From the NCBI GenBank assembly GCA_032718475.1, contig JAUCBJ010003552.1, forward strand, positions 1-55,281: a DNA stretch of 55,281 nt, in the 5' to 3' direction. The stretch comes from Nemertoderma westbladi (taxonomy: Eukaryota; Animalia; Xenacoelomorpha). How positions within the stretch are numbered: the first letter of the stretch is position 1; the number at the start of each line of letters is the position of its first letter. Shown here piece after piece: positions 1 through 12,500 of this stretch. Both the position numbers and the translations under genes were made by a program. The notes beneath the pieces are model-generated. The model was given only the letters and a program-made list of their open reading frames with translations, was not told where the DNA came from and searched no databases.

Positions 1-2310
1 ATTCACTGTAACAGCAACATCAGTAGGAAGAAACAGGTTGGTATCTAATCTACCAAACACATTCACTGTAACAGCAACAACAGTAGGAAGAAACAGGTAG
101 GTATCTAATCTACCAAACACATTCACTGTAACAGCAACATCAGTAGGAGGAAACAGGTTGGTATCTAATCTACCAAACACATTCACTGTAACAGTAACAT
201 CAGTAGGAAGAAACAGGTTGGTATCTAATCTACCAAATACATTCACTGTAACAGCAACAACAGTAGGAAGAAACAGGTAGGTATCTAATCTACCAAACAC
301 ATTCACTGTAACAGCAACATCAGTAGGAGGAAACAGGTTGGTATCTAATCTACCAAAAACATTCACTGTAACAGCAACATCAGTAGGAAGAAACAGGTTG
401 GTATCTAATCTACCAAATACATTCACTGTAACAGCAACAACAGTAGGAAGAAACAGGTAGGTATCTAATCTACCAAACACATTCACTGTAACAGCAACAT
501 CAGTAGGAGGAAACAGGTTGGTATCTAATCTACCAAACACATTCACTGTAACAGCAACATCAGTAGGAGGAAACAGGTTGGTATCTAATCTACCAAACAC
601 ATTCACTGTAACAGCAACAACAGTAGGAAGAAACAGGTTGGTATCTAATCTACCAAATACATTCACTGTAACAGCAACAACAGTAGGAAGAAACAGGTAG
701 GTATCTAATCTACCAAACACATTCACTGTAACAGCAACATCAGTAGGAGGAAACAGGTTGGTATCTAATCTACCAAATACATTCACTGTAACAGCAACAT
801 CAGTAGGAGGAAACAGGTTGGTATCTAATCTACCAAACACATTCACTGTAACAGTAACACCAGTAGGAAGAAACAGGTTGGTATCTAATCTACCAAACAC
901 ATTCACTATAACAGTAACATCAGTAGAAAGAAACAAGGTTGGTATCTAATCTACCAAATGTAACAACATCAGTAGGAGGAAACAGGTTGGTATCTAATCT
1001 ACCAAATACATTCACTGTAACAGCAACATCAGTAGGAGGAAACAGGTTGGTATCTAATCTACCAAACACATTCACTGTAACAGTAACACCAGTAGGAAGA
1101 AACAGGTTGGTATCTAATCTACCAAACACATTCACTATAACAGTAACATCAGTAGAAAGAAACAAGGTTGGTATCTAATCTACCAAATGTAACAACATCA
1201 GTAGGCGGAAACAGGTTGGTATCTAATCTACCAAACACATTCACTGTAACAGCAACATCAGTAGGAAGAAACAGGTTGGTATCTAATCTACCCAACACAT
1301 TCACTGTAACAGCAACACCAGTAGGAAGAAACAGGTTGGTATCTAATCTACCAAACACATTCACTGTAACAGCAACATCAGTAGGATGAAACAGGTTGGT
1401 ATCTAATCTACCAAACACATTCACTGTAACAGCAACAACAGTAGGAAGAAACAGGTAGGTATCTAATCTACCAAACACATTCACTGTAACAGCAACATCA
1501 GTAGGAGGAAACAGGTTGGTATCTAATCTACCAAATACATTCACTGTAACAGCAACAACAGTAGGAAGAAACAGGTAGGTATCTAATCTACCAAACACAT
1601 TCACTGTAACAGCAACATCAGTAGGAGGAAACAGGTTGGTATCTAATCTACCAAACACATTCACTGTAACAGCAACAACAGTAGGAAGAAATAGGTAGGT
1701 ATCTAATCTACCAAACACATTCACTGTAACAGCAACATCAGTAGGAGGAAACAGGTTGGTATCTAATCTACCAAACACATTCACTGTAACAGCAACAACA
1801 GTAGGAAGAAACAGGTAGGTATCTAATCTACCAAATGTAACAACATCAGTAGGAGGAAACAGGTTGGTATCTAATCTACCAAACACATTCACTGTAACAG
1901 CAACAACAGTAGGAAGAAATAGGTAGGTATCTAATCTACCAAACACATTCACTGTAACAGCAACATCAGTAGGAGGAAACAGGTTGGTATCTAATCTACC
2001 AAACACATTCACTGTAACAGCAACATCAGTAGGAGGAAACAGGTTGGTATCTAATCTACCAAACACATTCACTATAACAGTAACATCAGTAGGATGAAAC
2101 AGGTTGGTATCTAATCTACCAAACACATTCACTATAACAGCAACATCAGTAGGAGGAAACAGGTTGGTATCTAATCTACCAAACACATTCACTGTAACAG
2201 CAACATCAGTAGGAGGAAACAGGTTGGTATCTAATCTACCAAACACATTCACTATAACAGTAACATCAGTAGGAGGAAACTATGAAAAACATTCACTGTA
2301 ACAGCAACAT
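1..2310. repeat. 60-bp minisatellite (ATTCACTGTAACAGCAACATCAGTAGGAGGAAACAGGTTGGTATCTAATCTACCAAACAC), about 38 units, runs off the window start
   Basis: Successive 60-nt lines are near-identical; occasional 48-bp units and 1-bp insertion variants near 937 and 1165. Confidence 0.98.
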
Positions 2311-2569
2311 TAACATCTAAATTTTTAAAATACCAACATTAGAAGTATATCCATCAAAGGTAAATCTGATCTCAACAATGATTTCAAAAGTAATCCCATG
2401 GGCTTGAAGTATCGTGAGCTTGCATATGGTCTTAACTCAGTAAAATTCCTTGAAGAAGTCTATGGAAATATCAGCCTAAAAAATGCCTGTCCTTACCTAT
2501 TGAATCCTTATACTGTGAACTGGGAACTCTACTTTTAACTGGGACGCTGATTCTCATGGAATACATTTC

Positions 2570-3545
2570 TAATTTTCCAGATCATTGCTACTCGTAGTTT
2601 TCGTCGCTATATGGAATTTTGGACCTATAAGCACCAAATTTTGTACCCATCACCAAAAGATACAAGTTTGAGATGTTCAGTGCTGCTTTTAATTATTCCA
2701 TCGGATTCAGTACCCTCAAACACCCGTATAAAGCTAGAAATGAGATTATACGATTAATCTGCTTATTTTCAAAATATAGTACTGGCGGGCTCAAAACTTT
2801 TACCCACAGCCGAAAAATGCACTTTTGACAACTCTAATGTAATTTTTACTTATTCCATTGAATTCTGAACTCTCACAAACCAGTATAATATAAGTAGCAA
2901 GGTGACCCAATCATTTGATATATTTTCTTATTTTCAGAATTTGGTGCTAGCACAAATTTTGCACCCACTATTGGAAAACACAAGTTTGAAATGTCTTGTT
3001 AGATAATTATTTATTCCATTGAATTTAGAACCGCCATAAACCTCTAAAATGCGAGAAAAAGTTTTCATAATCAATTGAACTATTGAATGGAATTTTAAAA
3101 TTTCATGTTGCTTACAAATTTTGCACACAGCACCGAAAAATACAAATTTGATGTGCCTGGTGAAAGTCGTATATATTCCATTGAAATCAGAACCACAAAA
3201 CCTCTATTACGAAAATAACAGGTTCAAACAATCAATTTACCAAATTTACACTTCCGAAATTTGGTGCTAGCCCCAAAATTTGGCACTGAAAACAACAAGT
3301 TGGAAATTTCTAGCACATTTTATATGTATTCCATCTAATTGCGAACTCCATAAAACCGGTGTAATTCAAAAATAGAGATGTTACAAACCCTATTTCATAA
3401 AATTAAATTTTCAAAAATGTATCAAAAAAGTGTCAAAAGTAGTGTTTACAAATTGTGCTATAACTCGAAAACTTACCATAATTTTAAAAAACCGTTTTCA
3501 ATATTAGGAAGTCAATAGATTTTTAGGAGAAGTAGTAAAATTTCA
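2570..3545. mobile_element. Non-coding element built from about 6 degenerate ~180-bp subrepeats; probable non-autonomous DNA transposon
   Basis: Recurrent motifs AATTTTGCACC, ACAAGTTTG, TATTCCATTGAA, AAACCTCTA at regular spacing; no ORF; termini unresolved. Confidence 0.5.
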
Positions 3546-3858
3546 GATTCCCAACAGCATTCCCAATTACATGAATGCTTCAGTAGAAGAGCATTATTCT
3601 TTTTCCTAGCTCTCGGCTAACTCTAGTATACACTAGCTTTGACTTTCCCAGCTATAGTGATAGTAAGCAACCTTGGGAGTTAATGCGCTGTCTTACGAGT
3701 AAAGGCCAAGAGATTAGAATTCAGGTTGCCTCTATTGGTTCATTCTTCTTAACTTTATAAAATAACTCAACCCTTATTTAAAGTTTTAAAAATTATGACT
3801 TAGTCGACCAATTTTCCAAAGTATATTATAAAAACATATAATTTCTTGAATAAATAAA

Positions 3859-4008
3859 CCTAATAGTAATAAATATTGTGGGGTAAATACATTTATAATA
3901 CTAATATAATTATTATGGATAAATAGTCCTAATACTAATATAATTGTTATGGATAAATAGTCCTAATACTAATATAATTGTTTTGGATAAATAGCCCTAA
4001 TACTATTA
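3859..4008. repeat. About 4 copies of a ~34-bp AT-rich tandem repeat (CCTAATACTAATATAATTGTTATGGATAAATAGT)
   Basis: Direct repeats immediately 3' of the minus-strand zinc-finger ORF. Confidence 0.8.
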
Positions 4009-4033
4009 TGAAAGGAACTCAAACAAACAAATG

Positions 4034-4956
4034 TTAATAGCGTCGTCCTGCGCGGGCATATACTGAACGAGAGTTTTTTATCATAGGTCTTCGCAAATTA
4101 GTAAAAGCTGGTTGATTTACTTTACTTTCATCTTCCTCATTACCCAACTGTTTCTTAATTTTATTCAATTGCTCATTAATTTTCAGTAATTTGCTTTTAT
4201 TTCCCAGAACCTGTCTTAATATCTCTTCTCTATTTTCCTCATTTTCTTCTAAATGTTTAATAAATTTCTGTAATTTAATTTTACTTCCTAGAACTTGGGT
4301 CAATGTCGCCTCTTTATTTTCTTCATTTTCCTTCAAATGTTTAATAATTTTCCGCAATTGATTCTTATTTCCAAGTAATTGCCTCTTTATTTCCTCATTA
4401 TCATCATTTTCATCCTCTTCTCCACTTTCCTGATCTTCACTTTCTTCACCCTCTTTCTGACCTTCACATTCTTCATCCTCTTCCCCGCCTTCACTTTCTT
4501 CATCCTCTTCCTGTTCTTCACTTTCTTCATCCTCTTCCTGTTCTTCACTTTCTTCATCCTCTTCCTGATCTTCCTGATATTCACTTTTTCGTTCTCAACT
4601 TCACTCTCTTCAACTTCATCCTGACCCTCACTATTTTCATTCTCCATATCATCATCCTCTTCTTCTCCATCTTTCTCACTCAAATTTTCCTCATTTTCTA
4701 GGGGTAACTGTTTTTGTATCCCTTTCAAAATATTCATAACCTTATGAAATTTACTTTCCATTGTCTGTTTTATATTTAATATATCACGCTCATCTCTCTT
4801 TTTCTTTTCATCTTCACTAAAAATATCTTCGGATTTTTTAAATTTTTTTGGTAATGGAGCCATTAGTTTTTCCTTTCTATGTGTTTCCATATGACGAGAT
4901 AAATTGTCTTGTCTCATTTCTTTATTACAAACCAAACAACTTTCATGTCTATGCAT
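4034..4956 (-). CDS. Intronless C2H2-like zinc finger + acidic tract + 24-aa repeat protein, one frameshift; probable Polinton-borne gene
   Basis: N-terminal CLVCNKEMRQDNLSRHMETH. Adding one base in the T5 run at 4585-4589 converts the basic tail of ORF 4387..4956 into a Glu/Asp tract that reads in frame into ORF 4034..4357 (three QxLGxKxxLxKxxxxL repeats). Confidence 0.7.
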
Positions 4957-5795
4957 TATATAGCAATGTCAATTGATAATATTGAATTTTAGCAGATGAT
5001 TTTACAAAATTTTTAGCGGTAGACAGGGGAACTTCAGCCTACTCTATGTCTCCGCAAAAGATATGGCCTATGCCGTAGTAGATGCCTACCGAGTTTAAAC
5101 CTATTCGGAATGAAAATAGCGTTAGAGAAGATGTTAATTTTCAGATCATACGCCCTCTAGCGGCAGACTATGGAACTGCAGACGGCTGGATATAGGTATG
5201 AGTAATTAGTAATCAGAGCTGTCACGGGGTGGGGCGGGGCGCTTGGATACAACTATTATTAATAAGCTGTTGCTTGTTTAAAGCTAATTGGGGGTCAAAG
5301 GTCAAAGGTCAACGATAAAGCTGTCTGGATATAGATAAGAGTAATTAGTTACCAGTAAGGGAGCTGTATACCCTATGGCTAAGTATGGCTAAGAAATCAA
5401 TGTATAAAGTAAAATAAAATACAAATAATTAATTAAATTAAATTGAATATAAATAAACCGCGGTGTCACTTATGACACCCTTTGCTCCTCTCGGTGACAG
5501 TTGGACCCAACTGATGACCCATTGTGTGTCAGGGCGCTAATCAGTCTGATTAATTAGGATAATCAATTAAACCCTAATTAGAAGTCATAAGACACCTATT
5601 AGGGTTTAATTGTACTAATTAATTGATGCCACCTATCAATTAGGGTCTAATTAGCCTAATTGGGAGGTGTCACCCAGACAATCTGGCGCCAATGACACCC
5701 AATGACACCCATAGGGTGATAATTGGGTGTCATATGACACCCAATGGGTGTCAGTTGGGTCCAAGTGTCACCGAGCCGTGCAAACCCCTACTACT

Positions 5796-8652
5796 GTCAC
5801 CCACACTTGGTTAAACATGCCCTCTATATCGCATGTGAAGGTGTGTTTCCCACTTCTAAACCTTAACAGAACCTCTACCCCCGAGTTGTAGATATTCGGG
5901 CCTTCCAGTAGGTAATCGTTTAGGCTCTTGCCATTCGTCTTGGCAGAAGCGTCGACCACCATCCTTAACTTGCCCGTCTTAGGGTCTAGGGCCACATGAA
6001 GTGGTAAATAGTCCTGTTGGTGTTTGGCTCGTCCACCGGTAGCTCCACAGCCCATCCTCGATCCACGTACTTCTTGATGGTCTTATGGATGTAGTCGTTG
6101 TTTTCAGGGCTCCATCTAAGCATTTGCTTTAATTTTCGAAGCCTGGTCATGACCATCCTCTTGTTGTCTGGTAGGGGCACCTTCGGTTCCTTACATACCA
6201 TCCCTGTGGTATATCGCCCCCCTTCACACTTCATCAACTTCCTGACGCTCTCCTGCGCCTGCTTGTCCTCCACCGAGGTTCCACCCCGGTCTCCTTTAAC
6301 CCTTCGAAGTCCTGCCATAGCAGCCTCTTGAGTTGCTCCTCTGCTCCTTCGTCCTTCAATTCCCTCATTGTTCCCGCGAACATGCACTTTGAGGATTCGG
6401 ACACGCTAAACGGGATCCTCATCTTTATTGGACCACTAGGTGTCCATGGTGTCAGGATGGCCACTGGATCTCGCTGTCGGTCATTGCCGAAAACAGTCTG
6501 TAGCCTCTTATGGGCCATTGGTCAATCCATGCTGACAATAATAGAAACCTTCGGAAGGTCCAGTTCAGGCGCGGAGAAGTCAATGTGGTCCAGGTACCAA
6601 TATTGTTCAATCTCGATCTTTGTAGGTCGCCTGGCGTTGATGTTGACTCTATGATCTCTATGTTCCATAGTCGCATCCTGATGATATTGCTGCTATCTCG
6701 CATCATCCCATCCTCATCGTCATGAACTCATCCTTGCTGGATATCATGGTCACCGCCATCTTACTTGGCTTCGTCTTTATTCCTATCTTTTCGGCCACCC
6801 ATGTCTTCGTTAATGTGAATGCTGCTCCACTATCGACTAGCATCAGTGTCGTTACTGATAGCCCGTCTTCTCCTATTATTCTCACTGATACCACTCCGAG
6901 TAGCACTGTTCCCTTCCTCCTAATTCCCATGGTGCTCGTCGCCATTGTCTGGCCTCCAGTCCCATCAGTCTCGGCATATTTGTTCGGTGGTTCCTGGCAT
7001 TCGTCCTTTCTGTGTCCTCCTACTGCGCATCGATGACATAGTCAATTTTTACCGGTGTAGGCTATTCGATCTTGCGTAAGCAACGCCTGCCAATGTTTAC
7101 AGTTTATGGTCTTATGTGTGCCGAACCTATGCAATTGGCATTTGTACTCAGGATTGTAGCATTCCTTATATAGCGCTTCACGTATTACGCTTAGATTCAT
7201 ATCTAGCGGTTTAGTGTTTTGGTTAATTGGACTCGGCCTACAGGGGGTATTAGGTTTGTATCTGTTCGTGTTGTTACTTTGTTTCTGTCCCTACCACGGT
7301 GTGGCTTTACTCCCAGCTCCCTGCGGACTTGTAGTCCCCTGTGTGGCCACATACGGTAGCGACTGCCTCACCTTAGGAAATGCGTTCGCCGCACTATGTT
7401 CGGGTTTAGGTCAGCTGTTTCCTTCTTTGGTACCTTGCCTAGACTGTCCTCACTATAGACTGGATCCGTTATTAACTCTGCCTCATAGTTAAGGAAGTTC
7501 GACATCACCTCCAACCCTGGCTCCGCACCTTTCTTCTCTCGAGTGAAGAAAGCAATCTTTCTCCATTTGTTTCTTAGCCAAATCGGTAGTGCCTGCGCTA
7601 TCGTGGTGATGTTGTTCGATGCATTGAGTTCGTAAGGTGCATCCAGAGTCTTTAAGACTATTAGCACCTTTTCTACTTTGTTAGCGAAAGTCTTGATGCT
7701 AACAGGGTTATCTACAAGTCCACCTTTATTCCGCCGTTATTCCCCTTAAGGTTTGTCATATAATCTTCGCAGGATGGCCAAATTCCCTGTACAGGGCTCT
7801 CCACGCGGTTGTGAATCCTCTTTCAATACCTTGGTATTGCCTCACGAGGTCGTAGGCTGGCCCCCCTGTAAAGACTTGTAGATATTTAAGGCACTCCGCC
7901 TGTGTAAGATATTTTGTCAAAATCTCGTTGATGTACATCCTCCGGAACTGTAGATATTCTTCCGGCTTGCTACCATTATACTTAAAAGGCTCCATGGGTG
8001 GCAGCTCAATTCTAGTTTTCAGTTGCCAGTGTTGCCATTCCCATCACTTGAACTTCCAACGCGCTCGACGGTAGGGATGCAGGCTCCCTCGTTGTTAGCT
8101 GTGTTTCGCCTCTCGGGTTCGTCGACTTTTCCTGAGCGGGATATATCATCGGGGGTTGCGGTCCCCTCCATATCTCTGTGTCACACAATCTATTTGGATC
8201 TGAGGGGGTCGGGTTTTTCAATTTTGGTTGTGTGTATTGCGGATACAGTAATGGCGGAATGTCACCCTGCCCCCCCCCCCCCCCCCCACCCCACCCCCAC
8301 CGATGTTATAAGTGTATGTATTGTATCCCTGCATATTATAGTCATACTGGTGTGCAGGTACTGGTATAGGCCTATCAGGTTCCTGCCTACTCACCGGTAT
8401 GTATGCCACGACCTCAGTGTCCAATCCTGGTATTTGCGCTACCCTATCGCCTACACTATCTCTCCCAGCATGGCCTATAGTATGTGCAGGAAGACCTACA
8501 GTATGTCCTGCAGACTGCCTGTGTCCCTCCGGATCGAAGTTTAATCTTCTCGAATATTCCGAGAACTCCACCCCGCGACTACCATATCGTCGATCGGCAG
8601 CTACGTTCCGACGGGAAATTTCCCTCTGATCCCTTCCTCCATGGGGCTTCTG

Positions 8653-8685
<33 letters not shown>

Positions 8686-9345
8686 CCCGCCACTTCTCAC
8701 TTTGCCCCTTTCGCCCCCCTGCCCGTGTTCCCCTCCAGTCAACACGATACTTCTATTCTCCCCGTGTTCATTCGCCCACTCTTCTCCCTGCGCAACCGCA
8801 CGGCCTTGTAGGCCCCCGCTAGGCGAATTACCTGTTTCCCCAACGTTTGTATTAATTATACCGCCACTAGCCTCACCCTGTTGATTTGTTATATTATTAC
8901 TTGCATTATTTTGATTAATTTCACTGGAATTATTTATAACATTATTATTTACTGTACCCGTGTTATTATTTAAATTATTTTGATTATCTGGCGCACCAAT
9001 ATTTACATTATTATTAATCAAAACATTATCCCCCCCCCCCCCCCCCCCGTCCAGCGTCCATCCGGTCACACCAGTTATGGGTCTGTCGTCCAGTACCTGT
9101 AAGTGGGGTGTTAACAAAGGTTTCCATCACCCCTGGTTCCTCATAAATACTTCCCGAACCAGCCTCGCTCTTTGATAAACCCATTTTTGCCAGTTCTCGG
9201 CGCTTTTGCTTCGCCTGATACTGCATTAACCCCCTCAACCGGGCGTGCATGTCATCCCTCATTCTTTTACCCGCCCCCTCTCTCTCTCTGTCCTCTCTAA
9301 CACTCTGGTCGGCTAACTCTGCCTCTCTCACCTCTCGCTCTCTAC
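5796..9345 (-). mobile_element. Decayed BEL/Pao LTR retrotransposon internal region (gag, protease, partial RT)
   Basis: Gag pieces (EPFKYNGS..YLQFRRMY; AQALPIWLRNKW; LCHRCAVGGHRKDEC), protease LMLVDSGAAFTL, WTPSGP, RT KLRMVVDASAKTNGKSLNDYLLEGPN..LLRFR..CDIEGMFNQV; several frameshifts and stops; no LTR found. Confidence 0.92.
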
Positions 9346-9349
9346 GTCA

Positions 9350-9915
9350 TCAACAGTTGTGATGTGATGGGGTCCAGCCCAGCCTGTCGATGTGTATATG
9401 TGCTCTGCGCAGTGGAGACAGACGCTGTGCTACACGAAATGCCCCTCCAGCCTTGCGACCACAGAGGGTGGGTGCTGGAGTATGAACCTGTTGAATCCTG
9501 TTGAATGGTGAACCGGCGAATCCAGCATTACCAGCCAGCCACCTAGGCGTAGCTTATCGAATTGTTTTAAACTGCAGGGGGACGTGCAGTGACTGAGCCG
9601 CAGCCTGCGCAAAGGATGTAGATGGAGGCGGTGGATGGAGTGGTTGGGCAACAGGGTGAGTGCTTTAGGATGCCTTATGTAGATCATCCTTCAGTCGCAG
9701 CAAATCCTGTTGAGAAGTAACCACGCACCCGAGACTAGCGGTATACAAAGACTGCAATCACCAACATCTTATCCAGAATTAACTTTTCATCTTCATTGGA
9801 CACACTCTTTTTCTGTTTAATCACTTATACAAGTTTTAAAATGTCAATCTGACAACTAAGGTATTCATCTGCATTGGTCAATGTAAGATATATCATATAC
9901 CCAAATGCAGTAGTT
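9350..9915 (-). mobile_element. Possible highly decayed non-LTR retrotransposon fragment
   Basis: GC-richer, coding-like, stop-interrupted; weak resemblance to LINE post-RT sequence (EYLSCQID, HIDRLGW). Confidence 0.25.
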
Positions 9916-9923
9916 CAGTAAGC

Positions 9924-10190
9924 AAAAAGTAAAGTAAAAGTATATTTTCTTCGGCCACTAACTAAACAAGGGATTACGCACAAAGTCTGACGACTTATAT
10001 CCAGTGCGCTCCCCCCAGAACTTTACTCCCAAGACGAAACTTAGATACCACTTAAGGATGCAAGGCAGAGATGCGCCCTGGCTGGTCCCTTTAAAGTATT
10101 CGTGCTGAAATGAAAACTGCCGTGGCCCATGTGAGGATCAAACCCAAGACCTACGGGAGATGTGAATTCACTGCAACCACTACACCAAGG
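9924..10190 (-). mobile_element. Degenerate tRNA-derived SINE
   Basis: Minus strand has A box TGGTGTAGTGG (10187-10177) and B box GGTTTGATCC (10144-10135), a body GCCAGGGCGCATCTCTGCCTTGCATCC similar to the SINE at 28563, and an (ACTTT)n tail. Confidence 0.6.
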
Positions 10191-10407
10191 TGGAACCTAA
10201 GCAGTACAGTACAAATAATTGGCTGCTTGGCAGATAACTAAATACTCTTTTTAATAAACTTATAGTTTACAGAAACTATTACTATACTGATCATAAGTAT
10301 ATTATATAATCTTGAACAAACTACAAAGTTGGCCAAGTTAATAGCAAATTGTTATGGTACAATATTTATTATTTGAAATTAAATAAAAATAATAGTTTGT
10401 GACTTAC

Positions 10408-10573
10408 TAAAGTATTCATCTATGTTTTTGACGAATGGGTCCAGGTATATCAGTGGAGAGGGATAAGTGTCGCCCATCATAACTAAAGGTTTCTCCTGTT
10501 TGTTGGGGTAAACCAATGAACAATAAACTCCATTTGTTAATAATAAACTGATAATTACAATTGTGGCAAACAT
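10408..10573 (-). CDS. Candidate first coding exon of an unknown secreted protein
   Basis: ATG at 10573, signal-peptide-like MFATIVIISLLLTNGVYC, 55 codons + 1 nt ending at a consensus GTAAGT donor (10407-10402). Downstream exons not found. Confidence 0.45.
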
Positions 10574-12179
10574 TCTCCCCACTATTTGATGCCTTTGAGC
10601 AATTACAACGTGTTAGTGTTTAATGATCATAATAATATTATACTCTCCAAATTATCAAAAATATACAAAATCAAAATTATAATAATATAGCAAGTATTGT
10701 AGTGCAGCAAGTTAATGTAAAACAGCAGCGATCTAAGCAGTAAAACAGTGAGCTGTAATGCAACAAAATAATGTATTTCATACAGTAATTCAAAACGGAA
10801 TTGACAGACACCCTTGTATAAAACACACACCACCACCATAGCATTACGTAATTATTTGCATGGGATAATTGCAGGATAGGACATGGCCCTATCCTTTAAA
10901 TGCCATGTAAACAAGACCCAAGTATTTTAAGTTCTCTGTGAGCTAACTCTGATTCGTATGGTTTAAAAATAGGGTCCTGCTAAAACTTGCTAAAAGTTTA
11001 TAGTTTAAATTACATTTTAGATATTGGCCTACCCAACAATATTAATTAATTATAAATATAAGTTATGAAACATTACGGCATTGAACCTAATCCGAAATGA
11101 CCTGTGGATTAAATAAATCGCTGGACGTTTTTGCAGAATTCATTTATGTGGGGATTGTTTGAGTGCCCTGGCCTAATTGCTGCGCGCTAGATTACGTTGT
11201 CACGACACAAGCGGATAGTAAATAAGTAACCAGGGTTGGTAGGTTGAGGGAGAAGTTGGCTGGCCGAGGCAGCCAATGTAAAACTACCTGGATAATGAGA
11301 ATGCTAAAACCTCGGAGCCGGAAATGGGAAACACTAGATATAAATGAGTCGTAACGGCTTCTATGAATCGATTCATGAATTAATAAATATTTTTTAAAAT
11401 AATATTCAGAAGGATTTCACAATGGCAGCATTTTCCTATTTGCAGAGCTGTCAATGCGCTGTTTGCTTCGAACCTTGAATATCCACTAAATATGTTGACG
11501 TTAGCCCATCACACCACCCCACCAGTTTTGTGTTAGGTTCGGAAGGCCGTAAAGCATTGCTATCGATGTAATTCGTTAAATAATATATCATTTTACACAT
11601 CCCAGGAAATAAAGTTAATTGGATTGGGTGCAATCTTTTTCCGCGTTCAACATTCGCTCGCGTCCAATCTCGTCAGGTAATTATCAATTAAGAGAATAGA
11701 GCAGGTTACATCAGTGCAATTCTAAGCAAAATAATAAACTGATACCAAAAGCACAGTTAATTTCGACCTAATTATTTATCGGGCGAAGTTGCTAACGTGA
11801 AGATTGCACGAGGAACAAGATTTCTCGTAGGAGAAGTTTGCTCATACAGTTCATTGGTATTATATGGCCTTCTCAATATTTTCCTACCAGTGAATAACTA
11901 ACTACTGTACCTGGAAGTAACATACTGTGTGTAGGCTTAGAAACTTTTAGTCTAATCAAAAGTGCAATAATAAATCACCTAAGGACATGCATGCATAATA
12001 AAAAACAGTGTAAACTAAATATCTAACATACTGAATTGCCGGCCTCCATAAGATCCCGCTCCGTCTCGGTTTCGGAGAAGGAACGGGTGTGGGGGGTGAT
12101 GACCCTGAAATGTACTAGGGCTTCAAAAAATTCTTAGGAACTAATTAATTTCTATGCTACTCTCCTGTGGGAATTGTTT

Positions 12180-12500
12180 ATTGTTTAATCATTATTATTA
12201 TTCTTAAATGTGACTATATATATTAATTTAATCATATAAATCATATTATTATTAATATTATATTATTATTATTATTATTAATATATAAAATATATTATAT
12301 TATATATTATATTATATTAATGAATAAAATATATATTAATATTATATATATATTATTAATATATATTTACTTAGAATAAAAAAAAATATATATTATCTCT
12401 TTAATAAATTCAGTAAATAAGTTTATAAACTGGTTATTTCAATATTAATTCCAATAACTCCAATATAGATACCAAATAAAACCAATATCATCAATAATTA
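12180..12500. repeat. Extremely AT-rich low-complexity tract
   Basis: Almost entirely (ATT)n/(AT)n-like sequence. Confidence 0.8.

Larger units (their letters stand above)
3830..5795 (-). mobile_element. Terminus of a probable Polinton/Maverick element (inner boundary unknown)
   Basis: Minus strand starts AGTAGTAGGGG at 5795, exactly where the BEL RT frame (FNQVWVT) breaks off; palindrome-rich terminal ~340 bp; adjacent intronless ORF. No PolB, integrase, ATPase or capsid gene seen. Confidence 0.6.

Noticed and set aside
920-2252. Minus-strand 20-aa repeat ORFs (367 aa and 81 aa)
   Set aside because: Products of the 60-bp array, broken by 1-bp insertion units, with no credible start.
4379-4624. 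Hydrophobic 81-aa membrane-like ORF
   Set aside because: Antisense shadow of the Glu-rich tract.
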